From Octopus sinensis (lineage: Eukaryota), in assembly GCF_006345805.1 (NCBI RefSeq), contig NC_043005.1, forward strand, positions 2,480,001 through 2,544,000: DNA of 64,000 bases, read 5' to 3'. The position numbers and the translations under genes are program-made. This document shows positions 52,226-64,000 of the stretch, piece by piece. Positions within the stretch are counted from its first letter, which is position 1. Each line of letters begins with the position of its first letter. A model generated the notes under the pieces. That model ran no database searches. It had not been told where the DNA came from and saw only the letters and a program-made list of their open reading frames with translations.

Positions 52226-52910
52226 GTGTGTATGCTTCACTAATGTAAGGTTTTGGGACATCAGTAATAAGCACAAAGCATTCTTTATTTTAATTTGGAC
52301 AGATTTCTTTCGGTCGTTATCATTTCTGCTAAAGGCACCGAACGGGTCGAATCCTTATCCAGTCGACCCTAATGTTTTGCGGCATTTCATCCATCGGGAT
52401 CAACTTTGTCGTTCATACTTTCCACAGTCGATAAGATAAAGTACCAGCCGATGGAATGGATTAATCCTTTCTCTCTAAAATTCCTGATCTTGTACCAAAC
52501 TTTGGAACATTATTTCTCCATTAATTCTCCGTGTTTTGTTTTCTTTTTTCGTTTTTTGATTGCATATCTTTCTTGCACTCAAAAGTTAACCCGCAAGAGA
52601 ACTACTTCATTGTTGTATTTCACCCGACCTCGCCCCTATAACCCCCCCCCCCACCGATTCAACCAAACCATTAAATATCAAGACTACCTGTCTTAATTAC
52701 GATCGTTGAGTGATATGTTAAAGGGAGAACGTACTAAAGGGAGAACGTACTACTTCAGGGGAAACAATCGGTTTCAAATTTATTTTTCTTATCAAAAAAG
52801 AACATATATATACTTCAAATTAATTCTTTCATTTATATATATATATATATAAGGATTTAAATATATATATACATATATATATATATAGATATATATACAT
52901 ATATATATAC

Positions 52911-52971
<61 letters not shown>

Positions 52972-52974
<3 letters not shown>

Positions 52975-53056
52975 TTTATTTAAAGCAGCAGAAAATTCAA
53001 CAAAATCTGTTACTCTGAGTTTCTCGTTGCCGTTCATCAGACAGTTTTTGCTAGAA
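52972..53056 (-). ncRNA. PLE-terminus fragment with minimal hammerhead (53002-53049)
   Basis: Minus strand CTGT CTGATGA ACG GCAA CGA GAAAC TCAGA GTA ACAG. A homologous truncated copy lies at 58403-58467. Confidence 0.6.
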
Positions 53057-53098
53057 CATATATATATATATATATATATAATATATATATATATATAT

Positions 53099-53875
53099 GT
53101 AGTCGGCCGTATGCTAGAAATAGATCATCAACGATCAAACTACAAAGAAACTATGCTGGACTACTGGTTTTAAATTGATGTTGAAATTAATATTAATTTA
53201 TCTCCCTCATTATTTAAATATTGAAATAAATACGTTCTCTAGTAGCAAGCACTAACCGCAGTGAATTATTTACTGCAGTTCTTCGCTTCAGGAATTTTTT
53301 AGCGCGCCGGAACTAAGACATTTGAAATTTTATACCTAATGTAATCGGTAAAACTAAACACGTGTCTGTTTTGGCACAGAAAGCTGGGGTTAGTTTTTTC
53401 AGATTGTATTTACACTGAACGATTGTACTGATATGGCCACGGACATTTGAATTATGTAAGTAATTCTTTTGTTAAAGGCCGAAACCGAGGTATGCAATTA
53501 ATTCTGTTTTTTATATAAATTTTCATCTGTCCTGGCCACCAAATTTGGTTCTGGTGTTCGCTGAATTTTTCCTCTAGAGAACTTTCTTTGTAGTTTGATC
53601 GTTGATGATCTATTTCTAGCATACGGCCGACTACCTAGCAGTCTTGCCCTGCCAATATACACATATATTAGAATTTTCTCTGATTTCTCAGATTTTTTTG
53701 TATGCTGGACTACTGGTTTTAAATTGATGTTGAAATTAATATTAATGTATCTCCCTCTTGCCTAATAGTGGTTTTGTCTCTAATTTAATATAATATAATA
53801 TTTTACTATAAAATTGGATTCAATCCTAAATCTGATTTTTCCCTGTAAGTTTGGATTTATTCCCTAATATTTATT
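53099..53875 (+). mobile_element. Rearranged non-coding PLE-like cassette with inverted and direct terminal repeats and a hammerhead-like fold
   Basis: 52-bp perfect inverted repeat, 57-bp direct repeat and hammerhead-like motif 53421-53499; (TA)n on both sides. Confidence 0.65.
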
Positions 53876-53888
53876 ATATATATATATA

Positions 53889-53928
<40 letters not shown>

Positions 53929-53929
53929 T

Positions 53930-54036
<107 letters not shown>

Positions 54037-54345
54037 TTATATTATATTATACATATTTATACAACTGTGCCTTACAGTAAAGAATACAAATCACATCTTC
54101 AGGCTGAATATTTTTCTAGAGATACCACCACCAAGAAATCTTTCTTACTGCACAATGTTCGCGTTACAAAACTTTCTTTTCTAAAATTCAACCTAACCTA
54201 CGTATAGCAGGATACTGTGTGTTTATCTATGGTTTCTTTTATTCTTTTTAAGTGAGAATTAATTTTGACCGGTCACCTGCTTGGTCACAAAGTTGTGAAG
54301 GAAAGCATCTGGTTTTGTTCGACATCCTTTAAATACATATGCGTG

Positions 54346-54411
<66 letters not shown>

Positions 54412-54474
54412 TGTGTATGCATGTGTGTATATATATGTATGCATTTATGAAAATATATGTACATTTATATATAT

Positions 54475-54532
<58 letters not shown>

Positions 54533-55432
54533 AATAGATATTAAAATTACTAAGACTGCCATATAAGTATGGCGATAACTATATATATATATATATATAT
54601 ATACGTATGTATATGTGTGTATGTATGTATGTATGTATGTATGTATGTATGTATGTATGTATGTATGTATGCATGTATTTATGCATGTAGATATGTATGA
54701 AACATAGATAAATACATTTATCTACATTTATTTGTATTAAAAGAAATGCTAGAAACTTAGGACAAGATGTTGACAAAAATTTACCAATTCCACAGCGAAA
54801 TATAAAAGATATATTTTGTATTCTCATCACAATTGCAGAGAAACTAAAGTCACGTTGAAAGGGGAAATAAATACAGTTTCGGAGAAGGATCCAAAGAAAG
54901 AATTGGTTTTTCAGTGTCAGCTGGCTTTTAGGAAGTCAGAATCCAGCAGTGTGCAGAACTAACTCAATAATCTCCATTGTCAAAGAACCGTTTCTATCAG
55001 GAGTGTAGAATTTATTCAATTGAATCTTCAGAAACTTTACATCTAAGACGCTAAATTATCTGTCACAAGGCATAAGTGTCTAACAACTCAAAGAACCTTC
55101 TCGAGAATTGCCTTACCATATTCTTGCCGCAATGTCAAAAGGTTTTTGGAAATAGACTGCAGTTTGTTGAAGTAAAATAATTCGGAGTTCGCAGAAAGGG
55201 CTTAAACTTTGAGACAAATTCTTCAATATATTGTTGCTGATGTTTGGTCAATCAACTTTATATACACTAGCGGCTCATAAATAAGTTAAACTAACGATTG
55301 AATTTACCTCTAAAACAGATCTCATTTGTTAAAGTTATTTGCAAGGTTGAACGCACACATTTTTGAATATGTGAATAGGAATTTACATCTAAAAGCCTGT
55401 AACGTGTGCATGTCATCGTGTATGTATGTATG

Positions 55433-55462
<30 letters not shown>

Positions 55463-55463
<1 letters not shown>

Positions 55464-55600
55464 TTCTGCGTTCCTTTCTGTCGAAGAGCGTAGGCTCGAA
55501 ACGTAAAACACTTTCTCACATCCCGAGCGTTAAACTATACATCTGTTTGTTGTTTACACACCCGTCCTCGTCTTTTGTTTTTTTTTTGTAAATTCTTACT
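55463..55600 (+). mobile_element. Solo PLE terminus fragment with hammerhead-like motif (55472-55510)
   Basis: CCTTT CTGTCGA A GAGC GTAG GCTC GAAAC GTA AAA; homologous to 34016-34213. Confidence 0.65.
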
Positions 55601-55623
55601 ATCTATATCTATATCTATATCTG

Positions 55624-55783
<160 letters not shown>

Positions 55784-55865
55784 AATGAAAAACAATGCAA
55801 AATGATATACGAAAATAAATTCCATGAGTGAGAACAGAACAAAAGTTAATGCTTTATCTTGTATT

Positions 55866-56470
55866 TCTTCAATATTTCGGGTCAAGCCCCCTTTATCAGA
55901 ACACATGAAGAAATGGGAGATGGGCTAATGTGTTATTATTGCTTGGATATTTGGGGAAGAGTAGTGACATGCGCAGACTCGTGCTGTTACCTATTCTGCT
56001 TCATGTAGTTCTTGTCTGTCGTTTAGTGCTAGGTTCAGTTTAATAATTAGTATAGCCTCGTTGATGGGAATGTTACCTGTGTTACGTTCCGTGACTCAGA
56101 TTCTGATAAACACCTTCAGGTATTTATTGACTGAAACATTTGTGCGTTCATGTTCTTTGATGCGGATGTGTAGTTTCCTGATGGCACTCCCAGTGTAGAA
56201 AGCATTACAGTCGCTACAGCTTACTTCATTTATCATGTAAGCTCTTGGGCAAATTTTTATGCTGTTTATGGAGTAATCGGACAATGTTCATTCTATTATA
56301 CTGTTTGTGGTACAATTTCTCGACAGAAATTTACTCGGCAGCGCGTGTCAGACTTGTGGGTATGGGCCTCCTTATGAAGTTTGATAACTTTTGCGTTGTT
56401 TATATGCTGCTGTTTGGTGAAAGTTGGTGGATATACATATTTAGTAAGATCTTACTAAACAAGGCTATCT
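55866..56470 (-). pseudogene. Old PLE 3' fragment (GIY-YIG) with degraded hammerhead-like end
   Basis: INEVSCSDCNAFYTGSAIRKLHIRIKEH; downstream CTGATAAAGGGGGCTTGACCCGAAAT. Confidence 0.6.
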
Positions 56471-58146
56471 ACCATCTTGTTAGCACTTCCAAGATTTGAA
56501 CCCACAACTTTAAAATCAAGAACCGAACATTTTAACCAATGGGTCACTCACTTTCGCTGTTTTTAACAACGATCCACAATTTATAAGCTATGGACTCGAG
56601 GAATAGTTAGAACAATGCGAAATACAAGAACGTAGAAATGTTCAAGGAAATGCTGCAATAGAATGACGATTCAGCGGAAATACTAACCAAAATAAATCAA
56701 GTTATCAATTCAAGACGAACAATGAAAGAGGGAAATCAGAAAGTTTTTTTATTGATCTACAGGAATGTTCATCGTTCAATATAACAGTATCTATTCTTCT
56801 CTCTTTAATTCGTCCATTACCAGGAAAACTTCTATGAATTCTTGTCACAAAAACTTGAGGACAGCGAATGATAAGAGAGAAAGAGATCTATGGTGAGATG
56901 CTCGGATGAGCAGAAAACGATGTACACGGCTACAGGATTTGGTGAAACATGTGATTTTGATGAAGTATAAGCCAGCCAACCACCAAGCGAAGTTTAAGGT
57001 GACTCAGTTTGAGAAAGGACCATAGTTGATGGCTGGCATCCAAATTGTACTTCGGGAAAGAGCAAGAAATATTTATGAGTCTCAAATTAAGTTTATGGAA
57101 TTAATAAAACAACTCAATGAGAATAACGTAGTATCAACAGAAATAAAACTTAGCCACCAATCATCTAAGGTACAATATAACATAAGTCTACCTTGGCAAC
57201 TAATCAGTTCAAGTTCATTACAACATAACAAGAGTAAAGATCAAACGCAGTCCTCAGTATGAATAAATATTTTTTTTTATGGGTGCCATAATAAATTCTT
57301 GCTTCAACTTCACGTGTTTTATACGATTTACACGTTTATTTTGTCCTGTGATTCAACGTGATGGTCACATTATCAATGCTGCTGGAAATGGTTTCCACTT
57401 GGAAGAAAGAACTGGATTATTCAGCTGAAGAAGGTTTTTTGAGAGTAAGATGACCTTTTAGAAACCACACTTTGTTTAGTTAAATAATTTAGTGCAGGAT
57501 TACATAATTAAATTTGAATATACACGTTACTGGGCTCGTAATTCCCTCGCTGGCTCTACTATGAAAATGTTTTCTCATATTCTATGCCATTGCATCTTGA
57601 ACAAGTACTTCTGCAACCATAACCTCGGATTGATCAAAGTCGCGTGGCTGAAATTTATGACTTTGAGTTAAACATAATCGGTGAGTCGACTAAAGCTAGT
57701 TTGTGGTACTCAGCTATGTCCCTTTATGCAGAGGTCACATTTTTGTTTGTTGTGAGATCTATAAAACAAGTAACAGAGGAAATATAATCGATTAATACCT
57801 GTGAAGGCCACACTGCAAGGTAGACATTGCCAAGTGAGTGGAACCAATGTCAAGATAGCTGTTTCATATGACGTGACTTCACTGTAGTTCAAGGAAGGCC
57901 TGGATGGGAAGGAAAGGAACTGATTGGCCAGAAATATGGCTTTTTCTCAGTACAAACATAATGTCTCAAGATCATTAAGGATCTTTAATTGCAATTAAAC
58001 CTGTTTGTTTGTTTGTTTTTTACAAATTTATCAAAAAGATATCTTTGCTTAGGGGAGTCAACTGTTTCAACTAATTATTATAAACACGCACACACACAGA
58101 CACACACGTATGTGTGTACGTTTATGAATATATGTATATGTATATG

Positions 58147-58183
<37 letters not shown>

Positions 58184-58260
58184 ATGCGTGTCTGTATATA
58201 TATATATATATTGTTATATTTTGGAATGGTCATATTGCCAGTTTAACCAAATATTTAAAC

Positions 58261-58340
<80 letters not shown>

Positions 58341-58367
58341 GTGTATATATATGTATGTACGTGTATG

Positions 58368-58404
<37 letters not shown>

Positions 58405-58604
58405 CTTATTTTAAGCAGCAGAAAATTCAACAAAATCTGTTACTCTGAGTTTCTCGTTGCCGTTCATTTTTTTCCACCTTGTTTCACATTTATGTGTTTA
58501 CTCCGGTCTATATATATATATAGATAGATAGATAATACCATACAAAATTCTGGTACCTTTAACTTAAGTACCATATTCATCTGAATCTAAATTTAGCTGA
58601 TCTT

Positions 58605-58897
58605 ATATATGGACACGTGGGAGGAAACAGCTGCTGACCGCTCTGTCTGGCGTCGGACGGTGAGGAAGGGCGTTTCCATGGCTGAGAAAAGGAGAGCACA
58701 GCTGTGGTTGGACAGGCGGAACAGGAGGAGGACAACTGCAGCAACACCCCACACGTACCCATCGATGTTCGTGTGCAGCAACTGTACCAATGACTGCCAC
58801 TCTAGAATTGGACTGTTCAGTCACAGCAGACGCTGCTCATCATCAAAGTAGGCCCCACCCTTGGCGAAACCCATTGTCTATCAAGACAGACGGGGAA
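58605..58897 (+). mobile_element. RTE-clade LINE 3' tail fragment
   Basis: TWEETAADRSVWRRTV...FVCSNCTNDCHSRIGLFSHSRRC*; RTE-like end CCATTGTCTATCAAGACAGA. Confidence 0.85.
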
Positions 58898-58924
58898 AGA
58901 GAGAGATATATACATACATGCATA

Positions 58925-61900
58925 CATCGTCGACTGCAGCTCGTATCCGAGTACCGGGTTCGTCAGTTTCTATCCAGTTTTCTCGGCAGAAGTTTGTGCT
59001 GAATGTGGTTTTGGAGTTCAAGTCGGTGGTGAAAGAGTCGTAGGCAGAATTCCTACGGGATGGTCGGTGACGGTCGAGGATGTTGAAGACGCTCCTTTCT
59101 TCTCTTGCGTTTTATCTCCTTATTCTGTTGCCTGTTCTCCTCGAAGGAGCTGGCTCCAAGCTGTCGTATCCATAGCAATCTGTTCCCATGAGGATGGTTG
59201 GATGTTAGTTTGAGTCAGGGTCCGTTTGAAGTGCACTTTAAAACGGAATTTCAGACCTCCTCTGGGTCTTGTTCCGATTATAAGTTCTCCGTAGAACATG
59301 ATCCTCGGGAGACGAGAAGGCTCCATACGCTGGACGTGACCTGCTCAGCGAAGACGATAGCAAAGAATGGTGGCTTCGACGCTTGGTGCTGAGGCGCAGC
59401 GAAGAACCTCATTTCTGGTAATGTGATCTTCTCATCGAATATTGAGGATCGGCCGTAGCTTGGATTGCCGAGGTATTCCTGGCGCTTGAAGTCACGGTGG
59501 TACAGCGTCCAAGTCTCACAAGCGTAGAAAAGTGTTGGCAGGACAATGACACCGAAGGCCATGATCTTTGTTCAGGTGGTCAACGCGTGATTAAAGAAAA
59601 CACGTTGGCTGAGTCTACCGAAGCCGGAGTGGGCCGCCCTGATCCGGTTCTCAACGTCCTTTTCACACGTGGAAGGTCTTCGAAAGGATACTCCCAAGGT
59701 ATGTGAAGTGTTCAACTTCTTCTAGGGGTTGACCGTTGATACTAATGTTTGTGGGTGAACGGTTCTGGCCTGGGGCAGGTTGGATCGGGATCTTGGTCTT
59801 TAATGTGTTTACCTGCATCCCGAAGCGTTCATAAGCCGTCCTTTGTAGACCATCTGCGGTCCTGCTCGAGGTGGCATTGTCGTCGGCATACGGACTGAGA
59901 CGGCGGAGGTCCTTGCCTTTGCGCGGAGACGTGCGAGATCGAAGAGTCCGCCATCCAAGGGATAGCGCATGTTGATGGAAGGCAAGTCTAGTGGAATTTC
60001 GTTGAACATGGCGGCCATGTACAAAGACAAACAGGTTGGTGCCAGGACGCATCCTTGCTTAAGACCTCCAGTGATGGGAAACGGGTCTGTGAGGGCATTT
60101 TGATGGCATATCCTACCCACCATACCGTCGTGAATGGAGCGGACCACAGCAATGAAGTACTCAGGACATCCAAACCGAGCACATTGCAGGACAGGGGACC
60201 TTGTCAAAGGCTTTCTTTAGATCCCAGATGATCCAGGTTGTTGTTGTTCTCGACACTTCTTCTAGAGTTGGCGAGCACAAAAAATCATGCCGATTGTGCA
60301 TCGAGAGAGTCGAAAGCCACACTGGAACTCAGGGAGGACTTCTTCCGCGAGGATGAGCAGGCGATTGAACAAGATACGGGCGAGGATCTTACTTGCAATA
60401 CTCAGGAGTGAGATGCCCCGATAGTTGTTGCAGTCTTTCCCGGTCTCCCGTATTGTAGATGGTGACGATAGTTGCAACGTGGAAGTCATTGGGGGTGGAG
60501 TCTTGCTTTCTCAGATCTTGAGGATAAGGAGCATCAGATGATTTCTCAGCTCAGGGCCTCCGTGCATGAAAAACTCAAACGGGATGTTGTCTGGCCCTGG
60601 AGCTTTGCTTGGCTTCATGCGCTCGAATACCTAGTTGAACTCATGGGGCGAGGGCGACAGAGATATCCAATGGCAGATGGGGAGCTGTGGAGCATTTTGG
60701 AGGAGACGGTCAGGAGTGCGTGGGTGGTCGTTAAGTAGACTCCGAAATGGGACTTCCGGCGATCGAGGATTCCTTGGGTGTCGTTATCGTAGAGCCGCCG
60801 GCTGCGTTCTTCAGGCCACCCACTGATGACCTTGTGGAGCCGAATATCTCCTTGGTTGCAGCATAAAAGCCCCACAAGTTTCATTGGTCCGCATAGTTTT
60901 GCATCTCTTCTGCTTTCCTCTGCCGCCAGCTTTTCCAATTCCTCGCTGGCATTCTGCTGATGCTTGCTGGTGTTTTCGTTTGTTCTTTGCATGGTTCGCG
61001 AGGACGAAGTGCGTCCGGAATTTCGCTACGATAAGGCAGGAGATGGTGTCATCATTCTCGTCAGACCAGTCTTGGTTCTTCTTTCGGGCAAAGCCGATCG
61101 TCCCCTCGGCGGCAGCGGTCATGGCTTCATGAAGGCTGATCCAGCAATCCTCAATGGAGATCGGCTCTAGGAGAGCCATCAGGTGTCTCAATGGATTCCC
61201 TGAAGTCTTGGAATGCTTGAGAGTTCCGGCGTTTGGCGCAATCGAAGCGTCGGCAAGAGATGTTTGGTGAGACCCGCTTTGGTGGGCGGCGGATCTTGAT
61301 GTGAAGGCGAGAAATAAGAAGGCGGTGATCCGTCCAGCATTCATCTGCACCAGGCATGGAGCGGGTGATGTGTACATCTCGCCTGTCCTTGGATCTTGTC
61401 AGAACGTAGTCGAGGATGTGCCAGTGTTTAGACCGTGGGTGTTTCCTGGTTGTCTTGTGTCGGGTGGGGAGACGAAATAGGCAGTCGCTGATGACGAGTT
61501 CGTGCTCGGCCATTGGCATTGTATTTCCCTATACCGTGATGACCAAGAATGCCGTTCCACAGACAATGGTCACTGCCGACTCTGCTGCTAAAGTCCCCCA
61601 TCACGACGAGCTTGTCATGGGTGGGGACTGTCTGGATGGTGCGGTCTTGCAGGTTGTAGAACGAAACTATGACGTCATCTTCAGATGTGAGGGGCATACA
61701 CAGAGATCCAACGTAAAGGTTCTGTCCCGAATAGCGGGATCCGAACAGTCATCAAGTGCTCGCTGGCAGTAGTTGGGACGAGTCTGAGTTGGTTCACGTG
61801 TTTTGTTTTGATGGCGAGGCCAACTCCATGGATGCGTGGTTCATTAGAATTCTTTCCCTTCCAAAAATCGTTTATTTGGAGCCAGATTTTCTGATGCTGC

Positions 61901-62844
61901 CTTCTCCGGGAAGCCTAGTCTTACTCAAGGCTTCCACGTCGATGTTGAAGCGGGTAAGTTCCTTGCAGACGAGGGCTGTCCGTCGCTCCGTACAATTAAT
62001 GTCACTCTTGTCCTGGAGAGTGCGGATGCTCTTAGGTCCCGAAAGTGAACGGTTGTGAAACAAAGGATTTAGTAGTCGATGATGGATGAGTAGAAGTAGA
62101 GCTCCGACCGCTGAGTGGGAGGTCCGCCAGCCGCGGTATGCTGGCCAGATCGAGTTGCCGTGTCCGATGTTTACCCCACCTTTCCTAGGGCCTCCCCCCC
62201 CCGTTAAGGAGTGGGCTGCGGTAATCCTAAAGAGGCCAGCCCAGTCACGAGTCCAGCTGCCGAACTCCAATGTCACTGCTATTCATTGGGGAGCAACCAT
62301 CTAAGATTCGCCACCAATGTGTGGTCAGGGACTAGAAGCTTACAGCTTCCTAGACTTGACTCCGGCGCCCACGATACCATCGGCATTAGCCTTTTTGTTT
62401 TTTTTTGTTTTCAATTTTGAGACTCAAAGAGTAGAAGGACAAAGCCAGTCGCTGAGTAAATTGTTTGAGATGATTGTGGCCAAGCGACGACAATGCACGC
62501 GCACTTGACCACGAACTTGTCCGCTGCGGCCTAAGAATTGATATGTGCAGTCTTGTTGAGGCTGGTTGCAGCGAGATGCCGGAGTCTATCCGCCTTTATC
62601 ATGCCTGCCGGCAAGCATTGCCCTCTTCCGCCGGAGTCAATCCTTGGGGGTTTGAGATTGCTCTCCTCTGCTTGCTTCGCCATTGGAGTTTTGATGCTGG
62701 TGTTTGGTTATGTTTAGTCTGAGGCCTCATCCTTAACCTTGCCGCCATGGGTGGCCCTACCAGGAGTTTAAAACCCTAGATGGCATCGCTCCCGAAATCA
62801 TTGGAACGCACAAGCTCTTCCACCACGGCAAGGGACGACCATCG

Positions 62845-62846
<2 letters not shown>
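58925..62846 (-). mobile_element. Near full-length RTE/BovB-like LINE, many frameshifts
   Basis: APE start SIRTLQ...ERRTALVCKELTRFNID, VMGDFSSRVG, WHILDYVL, NYRGISLLSIASKILARIL, GGLKQGCVLAPT, EHFTYLGS, RLPRIMFYGEL, SSWEQIAMD. 5' UTR about 62060-62846 retained. Confidence 0.93.
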
Positions 62847-62882
<36 letters not shown>

Positions 62883-63837
62883 TAATACATAAACGTAAAT
62901 TATATTATGTGTAAAGAAGAGATAAAGTTGTCACTTGAGTGAGTGTAGAATATTTTAGAATTGCTTGAATGGTTGTATAAGTCCCGAAACAATCAAAGGC
63001 AGAAAATATACCAATTGTATTTGAAACCAGGAACTAAATGAATAAAGCAGTTAATGCCAAAATCTTATCTATTTGTAGAACTTTCTCCGGAAGAGAAGTA
63101 TTATCTGCAGAAAAGTGAGTAGTTTCAATGGGGTTGGCAGAGGGAAATGTCTCTCGTTGGAAAAATTCTTGTCTTCGGTGCTCGTCCGTAGCATCTTAAA
63201 AATGATCACTTTTCTTCTTACTCTACATAAGGTGCTACAGTTATAGGAAAACGTAAATAAGGTGGTGCGCCGTTTATCGAGACCGGTAATGTCAACCATA
63301 AACACTGTCTCCAGACAAGGATCGAAACCGGTTCGTGTACACGACCAAACAGAGGTTACTTTTTACATGAAACTCATCATTATTTGCATTGTTGTAAAGA
63401 CAAAATAATAATTAGGTGCAAAGCGACATGGATTTTGGCGAAGGACCTGTTAATTGAATACGGTTCTTTATTTTTTACGATTTCGAAATGAAGAAAGGCA
63501 ACTGGAATTAAGTAGTTTAGTGAAATTCTTGAACCCAAAAAGAAGGTGCGATCTTTCAACGTGGCGGTTTTATTTTTTCAATGTGTTGGAAAGAAGACTG
63601 ATGGCTTTTAAGATTGCCTCCACATAAGCCAACGTCGTTTTTGTCCGATTACGTGGTCTTGGAGCATTTCTGTAACTTCGGCTTCATAACTGAGTTTATC
63701 AAACACGCCTGACCAAGCAGGCAAGCTTCGGGGTCTCGGCAGTTACAACTGTGAGTGGAATCTTTTCTAAATTGTGTATATCTAATATTTATCTCTCACT
63801 GGATTGAGTACGTATTTTTATTCTATCCATAATTGAC

Positions 63838-63919
<82 letters not shown>

Positions 63920-63920
63920 T

Positions 63921-63954
<34 letters not shown>

Positions 63955-63971
63955 ATATATATATATATATA

Positions 63972-64000
63972 CAGGGTAGGGAAGCAAAATTTACAATGAA
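63972..64000. mobile_element. Possible Tc1/mariner TIR at the window edge
   Basis: TA followed by CAGGGTAGGGAAGCAAAATT after a (TA)n tract; too short to confirm. Confidence 0.3.

Noticed and set aside
54950-55250. VRQFSRRFFELLD resembling the hAT VRWLS...RFFEL motif on the minus strand
   Set aside because: A single weak motif with no supporting neighbours.

Overview
AT-rich, microsatellite-dense eukaryotic intronic/intergenic DNA. It is most likely from an octopod cephalopod; this is inferred from the SINE families and composite (TA)/(TATG)/(GATA)/(TAT) tracts as I recall them, not from a database search. No host gene can be identified with confidence, and most ORFs in the supplied track are microsatellite artefacts. 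The window is a transposon graveyard. Retroelements: a young 5'-truncated CR1-type LINE with an intact 607-aa RT frame, L1/Tx1 pieces, a near full-length degenerate RTE plus a second RTE tail, five R4/Dong (restriction-like endonuclease) fragments sitting in TAA repeats, a Neptune-type Penelope-like element (PLE; RT + GIY-YIG) and tRNA-derived SINEs. DNA elements: a complete hAT with TIRs and TSD, several Tc1/mariner/pogo relics, a long-TIR MITE and Helitron-like ends. The most interesting signal not shown by the ORF track is a set of about ten minimal type-I hammerhead ribozyme motifs from several sequence families, mostly in short PLE-terminus cassettes next to (TA)n. One is essentially intact (50741-50781) and lies inside a longer inverted repeat. 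One family carries a consistent non-canonical core (CUGUYGA). Two cassettes share an unusual inverted 5' segment architecture. The RTE element also keeps a strongly base-paired 5' terminus that is a ribozyme or promoter candidate.
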